This document shows, piece by piece, positions 1 through 9,578 of a DNA stretch of 64,000 nucleotides (position 1 is its first letter; the number at the start of each line of letters is the position of its first letter). A program made the position numbers and the translations under genes. The notes under the pieces were generated by a model. The model had not been told where the DNA came from. It worked only from the letters and a program-made list of their open reading frames with translations, and did not search any database. The DNA comes from Gemmatimonadota bacterium (GTDB lineage: Bacteria > Gemmatimonadota > Gemmatimonadetes > Gemmatimonadales > GWC2-71-9): the NCBI GenBank assembly GCA_039586365.1, contig JBDHKN010000028.1, positions 23,746-87,745 on the forward strand. The letters are read 5' to 3'.

Positions 1-13
1 GGCCGAGGCGGAT

Positions 14-856
14 GTGTTGCGGGCCGAGGCAGCGTTGCGCGAAGCCGAGGTGGAGCGAGATCAGCTACGGCGAGATCTGGCCCGTGCGGAGGCGCTTCTG
101 GTGGACAGTCTCATTTCACAGCAGGAAGTAGAGGATCTCACAGCGCGTGTGAACGGCGCCGAAGCACGTGTAGCAGTGCAGCAGGCACAAGGTGGAGCCG
201 CTGAGGCGGCGGTTGGTGTGGCCCGCGCGAATCTCGCAAACACACACATCAGGGCCCCGTTTGACGGGACCGTGCTGCGGAAGGACGCCGAGGTGGGTGA
301 AGTGGTGGCGCCGGTGGCCACGGGCGGTGGCTTGACCCGCGGTGCGGTTGTGACGATGGCGGACCTCGAGACACTCGAAGTCGAGGTGGACGTCAACGAG
401 GCGTACATCGCACAGATTCGAGCCGAACAGGCTGCCCTGATCACCCTCGACGCTTACCCGGACACCAGTTACCGCGGAGCGGTCCGTCAGATAGTGCCCA
501 CCGCGGATCGGCAGCGTGCGACGGTGTTGGTGAAGGTGAGCATCTTGGACAGAGATCCCCGTATTCTGCCTGAGATGGGTGCGCGAGTGGACTTTCTGGA
601 GTCTGCCGAGACAGATGCGGCTAGCCCGACGGCCGCTCGCGTCTTTGTGTCGGCTCAAGCAGTGCGTGACGAACAAGGACAAGCCGTAGTCTGGGTCGTG
701 CGGGATGGGCAGGTGTTTCGTGTACCTGTAGAGGCTGGGCCCGTGTCAGGCGGCAGGCGCGAAATCCGGTCAGGCCTGTCGGGAGGCGAGCAAGTTGTGG
801 TAACGGGACCAGAGGAACTGGTTGACGGACTGGCGGTGCGCGTCGCGGGCGGGTGA
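14..856 (+). CDS. Efflux transporter periplasmic adaptor subunit (HlyD/MacA-like), 5'-partial
   Basis: Coiled coil, then IRAPFDGTV..GEVV lipoyl-like half, VEVDVNEAYI beta-barrel and SGLSGGEQVV C-terminus; upstream of an ABC ATPase. Confidence 0.9.
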   Translation: MLRAEAALREAEVERDQLRRDLARAEALLVDSLISQQEVEDLTARVNGAEARVAVQQAQGGAAEAAVGVARANLANTHIRAPFDGTVLRKDAEVGEVVAPVATGGGLTRGAVVTMADLETLEVEVDVNEAYIAQIRAEQAALITLDAYPDTSYRGAVRQIVPTADRQRATVLVKVSILDRDPRILPEMGARVDFLESAETDAASPTAARVFVSAQAVRDEQGQAVVWVVRDGQVFRVPVEAGPVSGGRREIRSGLSGGEQVVVTGPEELVDGLAVRVAGG

Positions 857-878
857 CGTCCAGAGGAGAGAGTGGAAC

Positions 879-1550
879 ATGGCCCTGGTTGAGATCAGAG
901 ATCTGACGAAAGTCTATTACCGTGACTCCCAGCAGATTCCGGTGTTCGAAGGCGTGAATCTGGAGATCGAGCAGCGTGACTTCTTGGCGCTGATGGGGCC
1001 ATCCGGCAGCGGCAAGAGCACCCTACTTAACCTGCTCGCCGGGTTGGACAAACCGACGGCGGGATCGATCACCGTGGGTGGCGCTCAGGTGACCGGCATG
1101 AGCCGCAGGCAACTAGCTGCTTGGCGGGCCAGACACATCGGCTTCGTGTTTCAATTCTACAACCTGCTGCCGGTATTGACGGCCTACCAGAATGTCGAGT
1201 TGCCGTTGCTGCTCACCAGCTTGTCGCGTAAGGAACGCCGTGAGCACGTCACGACCGTTCTCGACGTGGTCGGACTCACCGACCGCGCCGATCACTTCCC
1301 TCGTCAGCTCTCCGGCGGGCAAGAACAGCGAGTCGGGATTGCCAGGGCGATAGTCAGCGATCCGACTATTCTCCTGGCCGACGAGCCTACCGGGGATTTG
1401 GACGCCAAGTCGGCCGACGAGATCCTGACGCTGCTGCAGCGGCTCAATGAGGAGTTTAGCAAGACGATTCTGCTGGTCACGCACGATGCTCATGCGGCAG
1501 AACGTGCCCACGCGGTGATGCACATGGACAAAGGAGTGCTCAGCCGATGA
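879..1550 (+). CDS. ABC transporter ATP-binding protein (LolD/MacB-like)
   Basis: Walker A GPSGSGKS, signature LSGGQ, LLADEPT, VTHD; ATG 879 after GAGGAG. Confidence 0.95.
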   Translation: MALVEIRDLTKVYYRDSQQIPVFEGVNLEIEQRDFLALMGPSGSGKSTLLNLLAGLDKPTAGSITVGGAQVTGMSRRQLAAWRARHIGFVFQFYNLLPVLTAYQNVELPLLLTSLSRKERREHVTTVLDVVGLTDRADHFPRQLSGGQEQRVGIARAIVSDPTILLADEPTGDLDAKSADEILTLLQRLNEEFSKTILLVTHDAHAAERAHAVMHMDKGVLSR

Positions 1551-2686
1551 AGTTCGCTCGCCTGGTCTTGGTCAACCTGTTGCGTAACAAGCGGCGCACC
1601 ATCTTGACCGTATTGAGCGTGGCTGTCGCACTCTTCTTGTTCGCCACGCTACGCTCGGTGGTGACTGCGTTGGATGCTGCAGGTGAGGTGGGCAGTGAGG
1701 CGCGCTTGATCACCCGCAGTGCTACGGGCATCACATTCGCGCTGCCGCAGTCATACTACGAGCGGTTGCGTGCGCAGGAGGGAGTTCGCAGTGTTTCCTG
1801 GGCCAACTGGTTTGGGGGGGTATATGTCGATGAGCGCAACTTTTTTGCTCAATTCGCCGTCGACGCAGAGACCTATCTGGCGATGTACCCGGAAATGCGG
1901 ATGCCGGAAGACCAGCGGCAGGCCTTCCTCGCCGAGCGGACGGCTGCGCTGGTGGGTCGCGGCCTGATGGAGCGGTTCGGCTGGTCACTCGGTCAGGATG
2001 TGACCCTGCAGGGAACCATCTTCACGGGTGACTGGACATTCACTATCCGGGCTGTGTACACGCCGGACGATCCGAGCTTCGGCGACCAGCTGTTCTTCTT
2101 CCACTACGACTATCTGTACGAACGCACCAACCGGCGGATCATCCCCGGGTGGTACGTCATTCAGCTGGCAGATCCCGCAGCCGCTCCGGAGGTGTCGGAT
2201 CGAATCGACCGCATGTTTGAGAACTCCAGCAACCCGACCGAGACCGAGACTGAGCGTGCATTCAACACTGGATTCATGACGATGTGGGGTAATATCGGGT
2301 TCCTCGTCAGGGCTGTCGGCACGGCCGTGTTCTTTGCCATTCTCTTCGTGGCTGCCAACACCATGATGATGGCAGCGCGCGAACGTGTTGGCGAGAACGC
2401 AATACTCAAGACACTCGGGTTCCAAGATGGCTTGCTGTTCGCTCTCACTTTGGTCGAGGCGACGGTCATCACCCTGCTGGGGGGGCTGTTGGGTGTGTTT
2501 GGAGCGAAAGTGCTGTTCAGACCGGGCAACCCGATGAACAGCTTCATCCCGGGATTCCAGGTCGAATGGAGCACGGTCGCCTTGGGAGTCACCATAGCCC
2601 TGCTGCTCGGTTTCGTGAGTGGCTTTGTCCCGGCCTGGCAGGCTAAACGCCTTTCAGTGGTCCAGGCTCTGCGACGTGTGGCCTAG
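1547..2686 (+). CDS. ABC transporter permease (MacB/FtsX family)
   Basis: NLLRNKRRT N-terminus, periplasmic domain, RERVGENAILKTLGF, PAWQAKRL; ATGA overlap with ATPase. Confidence 0.93.
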   Translation: MKFARLVLVNLLRNKRRTILTVLSVAVALFLFATLRSVVTALDAAGEVGSEARLITRSATGITFALPQSYYERLRAQEGVRSVSWANWFGGVYVDERNFFAQFAVDAETYLAMYPEMRMPEDQRQAFLAERTAALVGRGLMERFGWSLGQDVTLQGTIFTGDWTFTIRAVYTPDDPSFGDQLFFFHYDYLYERTNRRIIPGWYVIQLADPAAAPEVSDRIDRMFENSSNPTETETERAFNTGFMTMWGNIGFLVRAVGTAVFFAILFVAANTMMMAARERVGENAILKTLGFQDGLLFALTLVEATVITLLGGLLGVFGAKVLFRPGNPMNSFIPGFQVEWSTVALGVTIALLLGFVSGFVPAWQAKRLSVVQALRRVA

Positions 2687-2695
2687 GAGGTCGCT

Positions 2696-3859
2696 GTGAA
2701 GGTCCCGATCGTCTACAACCTGCGGAGCCTCAGGGAACGACCGGTGTCCACGCTGATGACGGCCGCCGGCATGGCACTCGTCGTTGCCGTCTTCGTGGCA
2801 ATGATGGCGCTCTCCAACGGCTTTCAGGCCGCCATGGTGCGGACAGGTGCGGCTGACAACGTGATTCTGCTGCGCAAGGGAGCCAACGCGGAGATGTACA
2901 GTGGTATCGGCCGCAATACGGTCAGCATCATCGCCGGCTTGCCGTTTGTCGCGCACGACGCTGCGAACCAACCGCTCGTGAGTCCCGAGGTGTTCGTTGT
3001 CATCGGCCTGGCTCGGGTGACCGGCGGGTTGGCCAACGTCGTGGTGCGTGGTGTCAGCCAACGTGCGATGGATGTGCGCAAGGGGATCGAGATCGTTGCC
3101 GGCCGGTCCTTTAGGTCAGGTGCCTCCGAGATCATCGTCGGCAAGACCATCGTCGGACGGTTTCCCAACACTGACATCGGAGAGACGCTCAGTTTCGGTG
3201 GGCGCGAGTGGACGGTTGTGGGGCACTTCGCAGCCGACGGATCGTCTTTCGAGTCGGAGATCTGGGGTGAGAACGAACAGTTCATGCCGGTCTTTCGAGG
3301 TGAGGTCTTTCAGTCAGTGACGTTCAGGTTGGCTGACCCCGGTGCCTTTGAAGGAGTCAAGCAGACGCTCGAGGAAGACCCTCGCCTCTTTGTCGATGCG
3401 TTTCGGGAGCGTGAATTCTACGAGAACCAGTCAGCCTTGTTGGGTCAGATCCTCAACTTCATTGCGGTCTTTATAGCTGGTGTGATGGCCATCGGAGCCG
3501 TCTTCGGTGCGATCAACACGATGTATGCGGCGGTATCCTCGCGCGGTCCGGAGATCGCCGTGCTCCTCACCTTGGGTTTCAAGCCGGGCAACGTGCTCAG
3601 CTCGTTTCTGCTCGAGGCGGTGATCATCGCGTTGTTGGGGGGATTGGTAGGTTGCCTGCTCACGCTACCCATCAATGGGATCGTCACCAGTACCACCAAT
3701 TGGAACTCGTTCAGTGAAGTTGCCTTCGCCTTTCGGGTCACACCGCGGCTACTACTGAATGGACTGATCTTCGCAGTGGTGATGGGCCTGCTTGGCGGCT
3801 TCTTCCCGGCCCGCCGAGCTGCCAAGCAGTTGGTGGCTCAAGCCCTGCGCGAGGCTTAG
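2696..3859 (+). CDS. ABC transporter permease (MacB/FtsX family)
   Basis: NTMYAAVSSRGPEIAVLLTLGF, FPARRAA; RBS AGGAGG before GTG. Confidence 0.93.
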   Translation: MKVPIVYNLRSLRERPVSTLMTAAGMALVVAVFVAMMALSNGFQAAMVRTGAADNVILLRKGANAEMYSGIGRNTVSIIAGLPFVAHDAANQPLVSPEVFVVIGLARVTGGLANVVVRGVSQRAMDVRKGIEIVAGRSFRSGASEIIVGKTIVGRFPNTDIGETLSFGGREWTVVGHFAADGSSFESEIWGENEQFMPVFRGEVFQSVTFRLADPGAFEGVKQTLEEDPRLFVDAFREREFYENQSALLGQILNFIAVFIAGVMAIGAVFGAINTMYAAVSSRGPEIAVLLTLGFKPGNVLSSFLLEAVIIALLGGLVGCLLTLPINGIVTSTTNWNSFSEVAFAFRVTPRLLLNGLIFAVVMGLLGGFFPARRAAKQLVAQALREA

Positions 3860-3968
3860 CGCTGCTGGGCCACCGCCTGCCAGCCGGCTGACCGCCAATC
3901 CGACCGGCTCGTTTTCCCCCATGTTCCGAGCGGCCCCCAGCCTGCCGTCCGCGCCGGTTTTCGAGAGC

Positions 3969-3996
3969 TTGTACTTTTTTTCACAAGCCATATAAT
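3969..3996 (+). promoter_or_regulatory. Putative sigma70 promoter for citrate synthase
   Basis: TTGTAC-N16-TATAAT about 125 bp upstream of the start codon. Confidence 0.6.
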
Positions 3997-4121
3997 CCGA
4001 CTGTGAGAAGTGATGCTTGTAGCTGGGTCACTTCGCGCCCGAAGCCCCACTGAAACCGTGGGGCGCAGCTCTAAATCGATATATCATACGATTCCTCATG
4101 GTGAGGATTAGGAGAGGCGAG

Positions 4122-5426
4122 ATGTCGACGCTCAAGAAAACCCTGCTGAAGAAGATCGAGGAGCATCGTCCCCGCACAGCGCGGCTCCTCAAGGAGTTCG
4201 GCGACACCAAGGTCAGTGAGGTCACCATCGCCCAAGCGATCGGCGGAGCGCGCGGCGTGAAGTGTCTGGTGACCGACATCTCCTACCTGGATCCGTTTGA
4301 AGGTATCCGGTTCCGGGGCAGGACGATCCCCGAAACGTTCGCCGCGCTGCCCAAAGTACCGGGCTCCGACTACCCGTATGTGGAGGGCTTTTGGTACTAT
4401 CTGCTGACGAGTGAGGTGCCGACGGAGGCCCAGACGCTCGAGGTGGTGGAAGATTTCAAGGCTCGGCGGACGGTCCCCAAGTATGTCAAGACCATGCTGG
4501 AGAACCTGCCCCGTAACAGCCATCCCATGACCATGTTTTCGGCTGCGATCCTGTCGATGCAGCGCGAGTCTGTCTTCGTCAAGCGATACAACGAAGGCAT
4601 GAACAAAATGGAGTACTGGGATCCCATGTACGAGGATGCCAGCAATCTCCTCGCTAAGCTTCCTTCGATCGGTGCCTTCATCTATCGCTTGAAGTACAAG
4701 AAGAACCAACAAATCGCGCCAAGCAAGAAGCTCGATTGGGGAGGCAACTTCGCTCGACAGATGGGTATCGACTCCCCATACGACGACGTCGCTCGGATGT
4801 ACTTCATCCTGCACTCGGATCACGAGTCGGGCAACGTCTCGGCCCACACAACCCACCTCGTGGCATCGGCGCTATCCGATTGCTACTACGCGCTTTCAGC
4901 CGGCATCAACGGCCTGGCGGGTCCGCTCCACGGCCTGGCGAACCAAGAGGTGCTCAGCTGGACCATGGCGTTCCTCGAGAAACTGGGCAAGGAAGACTAC
5001 ACCGAGGAAGACGTGAAACAGGCGTTGTGGGACACGCTGAACTCCGGTCAAGTGGTTCCGGGCTATGGCCACGCCGTGCTGCGCAAGACCGACCCACGCT
5101 ACACGGCACAGCGGGAGTTCTGTCTGGAACATCTGCCCGATTTCCCACTATTCAAACTGATCAGCACGATCTACAAGGTGGCCCCGGGCGTGCTACAAGA
5201 GCATGGCAAAGCCAAGAACCCGTGGCCCAACGTCGATGCCCAGTCCGGTGTGATTCAATGGTACTACGGACTCACCGAGTGGGATTTCTACACGGTGTTG
5301 TTCGGGATCGGCCGCGCAATCGGCGTCTTGGCCAACATCGTGTGGGATCGGGCTCTGGGCTATCCGATTGAGCGTCCCAAGTCCGTGACCACGGCGATGC
5401 TGGAAGAGGCAGCTGGGGTCAAGTAG
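4122..5426 (+). CDS. gltA: Citrate (Si)-synthase, eukaryotic/mitochondrial type
   Basis: DHESGNVSAHT, GLAGPLHGLANQE, PGYGHAVLRKTDPRY, NPWPNVDA, IERPKS. Confidence 0.95.
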   Translation: MSTLKKTLLKKIEEHRPRTARLLKEFGDTKVSEVTIAQAIGGARGVKCLVTDISYLDPFEGIRFRGRTIPETFAALPKVPGSDYPYVEGFWYYLLTSEVPTEAQTLEVVEDFKARRTVPKYVKTMLENLPRNSHPMTMFSAAILSMQRESVFVKRYNEGMNKMEYWDPMYEDASNLLAKLPSIGAFIYRLKYKKNQQIAPSKKLDWGGNFARQMGIDSPYDDVARMYFILHSDHESGNVSAHTTHLVASALSDCYYALSAGINGLAGPLHGLANQEVLSWTMAFLEKLGKEDYTEEDVKQALWDTLNSGQVVPGYGHAVLRKTDPRYTAQREFCLEHLPDFPLFKLISTIYKVAPGVLQEHGKAKNPWPNVDAQSGVIQWYYGLTEWDFYTVLFGIGRAIGVLANIVWDRALGYPIERPKSVTTAMLEEAAGVK

Positions 5427-5468
5427 CATCCACGGTCCAGCAGCCACCGTCAGTTGTAACTGCGGTTC

Positions 5469-5497
5469 CGGGGGATCCAACAGGATCCCCCGTTTTT
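5469..5497 (+). terminator. Intrinsic terminator after citrate synthase
   Basis: 10-bp stem CGGGGGATCC/GGATCCCCCG, 4-nt loop, then TTTTT. Confidence 0.8.
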
Positions 5498-5531
5498 CCC
5501 TCGCCACGGACCGTGCTAACTTGATCCCATC

Positions 5532-6509
5532 ATGCGTGCAGTTGTGATTACGCGGCCGGGAGATCCCGAGGTGCTTGCGCTCGAGCAAGTTGCCGATCCC
5601 GAGCCGGGACCGGGACAGGTGCGGGTCCGCGTGGCGGCCTTCGGCCTCAATCGCGCCGACCTGTTGCAGCGACGCGGGATGTATCCGGCGCCACCTGGCT
5701 GGCCCCAGGACATTCCCGGTCTGGAATACTCCGGTGAGGTGGCAGGGCTGGGGCCTCGAGTCACCGGAGTCGCGGTGGGGGACCGGGTGATGGGGATTGT
5801 GGGTGGCGGTTCATATGCCGAGTACGTGCTGACTCCTGCCGTGCACGCGATGCCGGTTCCCTGCGGTATGTCCCTGGTCGATGCCGCGGCCATCCCGGAG
5901 GTGTTTGTCACGGCACACGATGCCTTGGAGCGGCTCGGGGTAGCACCGGATGAGTGGGTGCTGGTCCATGCCGTGGGGAGCGGTGTCGGTACCGCCGCAG
6001 TACAGCTGATCGCTGCCCGGCGCGCGCGGTGCATCGGGACCAGCAGAACGGCCGCCAAACTCGCACGCGCGGCGGAGCTCGGGATGCAAGTTGGCGTCGA
6101 TCTCGCCAGTGAGGATCTGCCCGCAGCAGTGCGGCGCCATACTGGGGAGGGCGCGCACGCGGCGCTCGATTTGGTGGGTGGCAAGCTGTTCTCCGCCACC
6201 CTCGAGGCGCTGAGATCCCGTGGCCGCCTGATCTTGGTGGGTCTCACCGGCGGCCGGCAGGTGCATCTGGACCTGAGCGTCATCCTGCGCAAGCGCCTAC
6301 GGGTCGAGGGGACGGTGCTGCGGGCACGGAGTGTGGAGGAAAAGGAGCAGGTGTGCAAGTCGTTTACGCGGTCGATAGTGCCCCTGTTTGAGTCCCAGCG
6401 GCTGCGAGTAGTGATTGATCGGGTATTCCCGTTGGAGCAAGTCAGAGAGGCCCACAGGTACTTAGAATCAAATGTGAATTTCGGCAAAGTTGTGGTGCAG
6501 GTTGCCTGA
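5532..6509 (+). CDS. NAD(P)H-quinone oxidoreductase (MDR/PIG3 family)
   Basis: GLNRADLLQRRGMYP, PGLEYSG, HAVGSGVGTAA, NFGKVV. Confidence 0.92.
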   Translation: MRAVVITRPGDPEVLALEQVADPEPGPGQVRVRVAAFGLNRADLLQRRGMYPAPPGWPQDIPGLEYSGEVAGLGPRVTGVAVGDRVMGIVGGGSYAEYVLTPAVHAMPVPCGMSLVDAAAIPEVFVTAHDALERLGVAPDEWVLVHAVGSGVGTAAVQLIAARRARCIGTSRTAAKLARAAELGMQVGVDLASEDLPAAVRRHTGEGAHAALDLVGGKLFSATLEALRSRGRLILVGLTGGRQVHLDLSVILRKRLRVEGTVLRARSVEEKEQVCKSFTRSIVPLFESQRLRVVIDRVFPLEQVREAHRYLESNVNFGKVVVQVA

Positions 6510-6516
6510 CTTGGGT

Positions 6517-7512
6517 ATGCGGGGACTTTGGCCTGCGGTTGCTGCGCTTGCAATAGCCCTGGCTTGTGCGCAACCGCATCCCGGTTCACCGCAGCCTCCC
6601 GCAGCCGACGAGGGAGACCACCAGACCTCGGACCTGCGAGTCGACGCAGGCGACACCGTTGCCGTCTTGGTCGGTGCCGGCGATGTGGGTCACTGCGGCT
6701 CGGGCGCTGCGGCGCTGACTGCGCACCTGATCGACAGCTTGATCGAGGATACTGCAGTCCCATTGCAGGTGTTTCTGCCAGGCGATGTGGCTTATCCGAT
6801 GGGCAGAACCCGGGATTTGATCCGCTGTTACGATCCCACTTGGGGCCGCTTCAAGAGCATTACTCGGCCGGTCCCAGGCAACCACGAGTATAAGAACGGC
6901 TTCCTCTGGTTCCTCTTGGGTGGGCACGCCAATCCCTATTTCGCCTACTTCGATGCATTTCCCGGTCAGGCCGGTGACCTCGGTGACGGCTGGTACCACT
7001 ACGTGCACGGTGGTTGGGATGTATACGCCCTGAATAGCGCAAAGGGCGGGAGGATCAGCCAGTCGTCGCGGCAGTGGAGCTGGCTGGCCGCACAACTCGC
7101 GGCCGACTCTGCCCGGTGTGCCGTGGCCTACGTACACCATCCACGGTTCGGCGCCGGCAAACACGGCGACAACGAGCGCATGCGAGACGCTTGGGATCTC
7201 CTGACGCAATATGGCGTCGACATTATGATTACCGGTCACGAACACAGCTATCAGCGGTATCGGCCCCAGACGAGCGGTGGCCAGCCCGACCCCACGGGTA
7301 TCCGCCAGTATATCGTCGGCACTGGCGGGGCCTACCTCCACGACCAGTCTCAGCCGACGAAGGGCCAGCTGGATCGTTGGACCAACGAACACCACGGAGT
7401 GCTGAAGCTGACCCTGCGCGCCAACGGTTACGACTGGGAATTCATCGTTGCCGACGGCACAGTGTGGGATCGGGGCAGCAGTCTGTGCCAAAATTCACGA
7501 TTTGGCTCCTAG
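6517..7512 (+). CDS. Exported calcineurin-like metallophosphoesterase
   Basis: Lipoprotein-like signal (ALAC); GAGD, GDVAY, PGNHEY, HHP, GHEH motifs. Confidence 0.88.
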   Translation: MRGLWPAVAALAIALACAQPHPGSPQPPAADEGDHQTSDLRVDAGDTVAVLVGAGDVGHCGSGAAALTAHLIDSLIEDTAVPLQVFLPGDVAYPMGRTRDLIRCYDPTWGRFKSITRPVPGNHEYKNGFLWFLLGGHANPYFAYFDAFPGQAGDLGDGWYHYVHGGWDVYALNSAKGGRISQSSRQWSWLAAQLAADSARCAVAYVHHPRFGAGKHGDNERMRDAWDLLTQYGVDIMITGHEHSYQRYRPQTSGGQPDPTGIRQYIVGTGGAYLHDQSQPTKGQLDRWTNEHHGVLKLTLRANGYDWEFIVADGTVWDRGSSLCQNSRFGS

Positions 7513-7606
7513 CTCCGAATTCAGGACTGCAAAGCCTTCACAATTTGTTGTAGTTTCTTACGCGGTTGTTGCTACTTGAGGTAGTGAGCTTGGAGGTAAT
7601 GCGGCG

Positions 7607-8965
7607 ATGAGTCAGTCGCTTGTCTTTTATTCGAACGTACTCGAGATCGTCGGTGACATCATCAAGGTCTCGGTGCAAGAATCCAGTGCAGGGAAGGGAC
7701 CTGTGGCGCGGCTGGGCGATCTCGCCATGGTAGAAAGCGAATCGGGTCACCAATCGCTGTCCCAGGTCATCCAGGTCGACCGCAACCAGGTGTCGTTGCA
7801 GGTGTTCTCCGGCACCAAAGGTCTCTCCACGAGGGCCATCACCCGGTTCCTGGGCCATCCCATGCAGGTCATTTACTCGGAGAACATCCTGGGCCGCGTG
7901 TTCCGCGGCACCGGTGAGCCGATCGACGGCGGTCCCGATCTCTCGTTGGATACGCGGGTGGAGATCGACGGCCCCACGGTCAATCCGATGCGTCGCGTGC
8001 TGGCGTCGAAGATGGTCCGGACCGACGTGCCGATGATCGATGTGTTCAATTGCCTGGTGGAGAGTCAGAAGATCCCGATCTTCTCGGTCGCCGGTGAACC
8101 ATATAATCCCTTCCTCGCTCGAGTGGGCATCCAGGCGGACGCTGATATCGTGGTGTTCGGCGGTCTCGGTCTCGTATTCGACGATTTTCACTTCTTCCGT
8201 ACGACGTTTGAGAACGCCGGCGTATTCCCGCGCACGGTGATGTTCGTAAACCAGGCCTCGGATCCTATCGTTGAGCGCGTGTTGGTGCCGGACATGGCCC
8301 TGGCCGTTGCGGAGCGGTTCGCAGTGGATGAAGGCAAACGTGTCTTGGTGCTGCTTACCGACATGACCGCCTACGCCGACGCTCTCAAAGAGATAGGAAT
8401 CTCGATGGAGCAGGTTCCCTCCAACCGCGGTTACATGGGCGATCTCTACTCGCGACTGGCGCGACGCTACGAAAAGGCATGCGACTTCAGGGGAGCCGGT
8501 TCCGTCACCCTTTTGACAGTCACCACCATGCCGGGCAACGACGTGACACATCCGGTGCCTGACAATACCGGTTACATCACTGAGGGACAGTACTACATGC
8601 ATGACGGGGTGCTGGATCCGTTTGGATCGCTGTCACGCCTCAAGCAGCACGTGATCGGCAAGGTGACTCGGGAAGACCACTCGCAGATCATGAACGCTAT
8701 GATCCGCTTCTATTCCGGGGCTCGTGACGCCGAGCAGAAGCAGGCGATGGCATTTGAGCTTTCGCCCCTCGACCACAAGCTGCTCAAGTTCGGGCAGTTG
8801 TTCCGCGAGCGCTTCATGAAGATCGAAGTGGCACAACCGCTGGAAGAAGCTCTCGACCTCTGCTGGCGGACGCTCTCCGAGTGTTTCGAGCCACACGAGT
8901 TGCTGATGAAGCAGTCCCTGGTCGAGAAGTACTTCCCGAGTCGGTCGGGCACCGCACAGAACTGA
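7607..8965 (+). CDS. ntpB: V/A-type ATP synthase subunit B
   Basis: SQKIPIFS, LTDMTAYADAL, TMPGNDVTHPVPDNTGYITEGQ, PFGSLSRL. Confidence 0.96.
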   Translation: MSQSLVFYSNVLEIVGDIIKVSVQESSAGKGPVARLGDLAMVESESGHQSLSQVIQVDRNQVSLQVFSGTKGLSTRAITRFLGHPMQVIYSENILGRVFRGTGEPIDGGPDLSLDTRVEIDGPTVNPMRRVLASKMVRTDVPMIDVFNCLVESQKIPIFSVAGEPYNPFLARVGIQADADIVVFGGLGLVFDDFHFFRTTFENAGVFPRTVMFVNQASDPIVERVLVPDMALAVAERFAVDEGKRVLVLLTDMTAYADALKEIGISMEQVPSNRGYMGDLYSRLARRYEKACDFRGAGSVTLLTVTTMPGNDVTHPVPDNTGYITEGQYYMHDGVLDPFGSLSRLKQHVIGKVTREDHSQIMNAMIRFYSGARDAEQKQAMAFELSPLDHKLLKFGQLFRERFMKIEVAQPLEEALDLCWRTLSECFEPHELLMKQSLVEKYFPSRSGTAQN

Positions 8966-8972
8966 GTGGCAG

Positions 8973-9578
8973 ATGGCACGCCTGGCCCTCAATAAAACAA
9001 CCCTGAGCAGGCTGTCTCAGCAGCTCAAGATCTTCGAGCGCTTTCTCCCGTCGCTCGATCTCAAGCGGAAACAACTGTTGGCCGAACGGGCCAAGGCGGC
9101 CGCGGCGCTGCGCCGCACCGAGGCGGAACTCGAGCCCATCGACAGCCTGGTCGCCGAGAAGTTTCCCATGGCCTCCCGGGAAGACGTAGATCTCACGGGG
9201 CTAATGAGCGTGAAGAGCGTGATTCTCGCTCAGGAGAACGTGGTCGGAGTCAAGATACCTGTCCTGCAGTCGCTCGAGATTGAGGCCCGTGAATTCGGGT
9301 TCCTGGGACGTCCGCACTGGGTCGACCGGTTCGCCCGGCTCCTGCGGCAGACCATCGAGTTGCAGATTCGGGTACAGGTCGAACGGCGCCGCTTGGAGCT
9401 GTTGGAGGTTGGTGTCAGGAAGATCACTCAACGGGTCAATCTGTTCGAGAAGGTGCTCATCCCGCGGTCGCGAGAGCACATACGGCGCATCCGCATCTAC
9501 TTGTCAGATAACGAGCGAGCCGGGGTAGTGCAGGCCAAGATCTCCAAGAAGAAACGGATCGCAGAGGGCGCAATATGA
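8973..9578 (+). CDS. ntpD: V/A-type ATP synthase subunit D
   Basis: LPSLDLKRKQL, ENVVGVKIP, TQRVNLFEKVLIP. Confidence 0.94.
   Translation: MARLALNKTTLSRLSQQLKIFERFLPSLDLKRKQLLAERAKAAAALRRTEAELEPIDSLVAEKFPMASREDVDLTGLMSVKSVILAQENVVGVKIPVLQSLEIEAREFGFLGRPHWVDRFARLLRQTIELQIRVQVERRRLELLEVGVRKITQRVNLFEKVLIPRSREHIRRIRIYLSDNERAGVVQAKISKKKRIAEGAI

Noticed and set aside
14..3859. ABC ATPase at 879 as partner of the orphan permeases
   Set aside because: It has two permeases of its own and lies 25 kb away; nothing in the sequence links them.
4044..4064. TGAAAC upstream of citrate synthase as another ECF promoter or riboswitch
   Set aside because: No CGT box at 17 nt; it is the loop of a short GCCCCAC/GTGGGGC hairpin and I recognise no RNA family.
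5516..8602. Long antisense ORFs (5516-6763, 7538-8602; likewise 27205-28233, 52839-54230)
   Set aside because: Shadow frames of well-supported genes in high-GC DNA, with no motifs.
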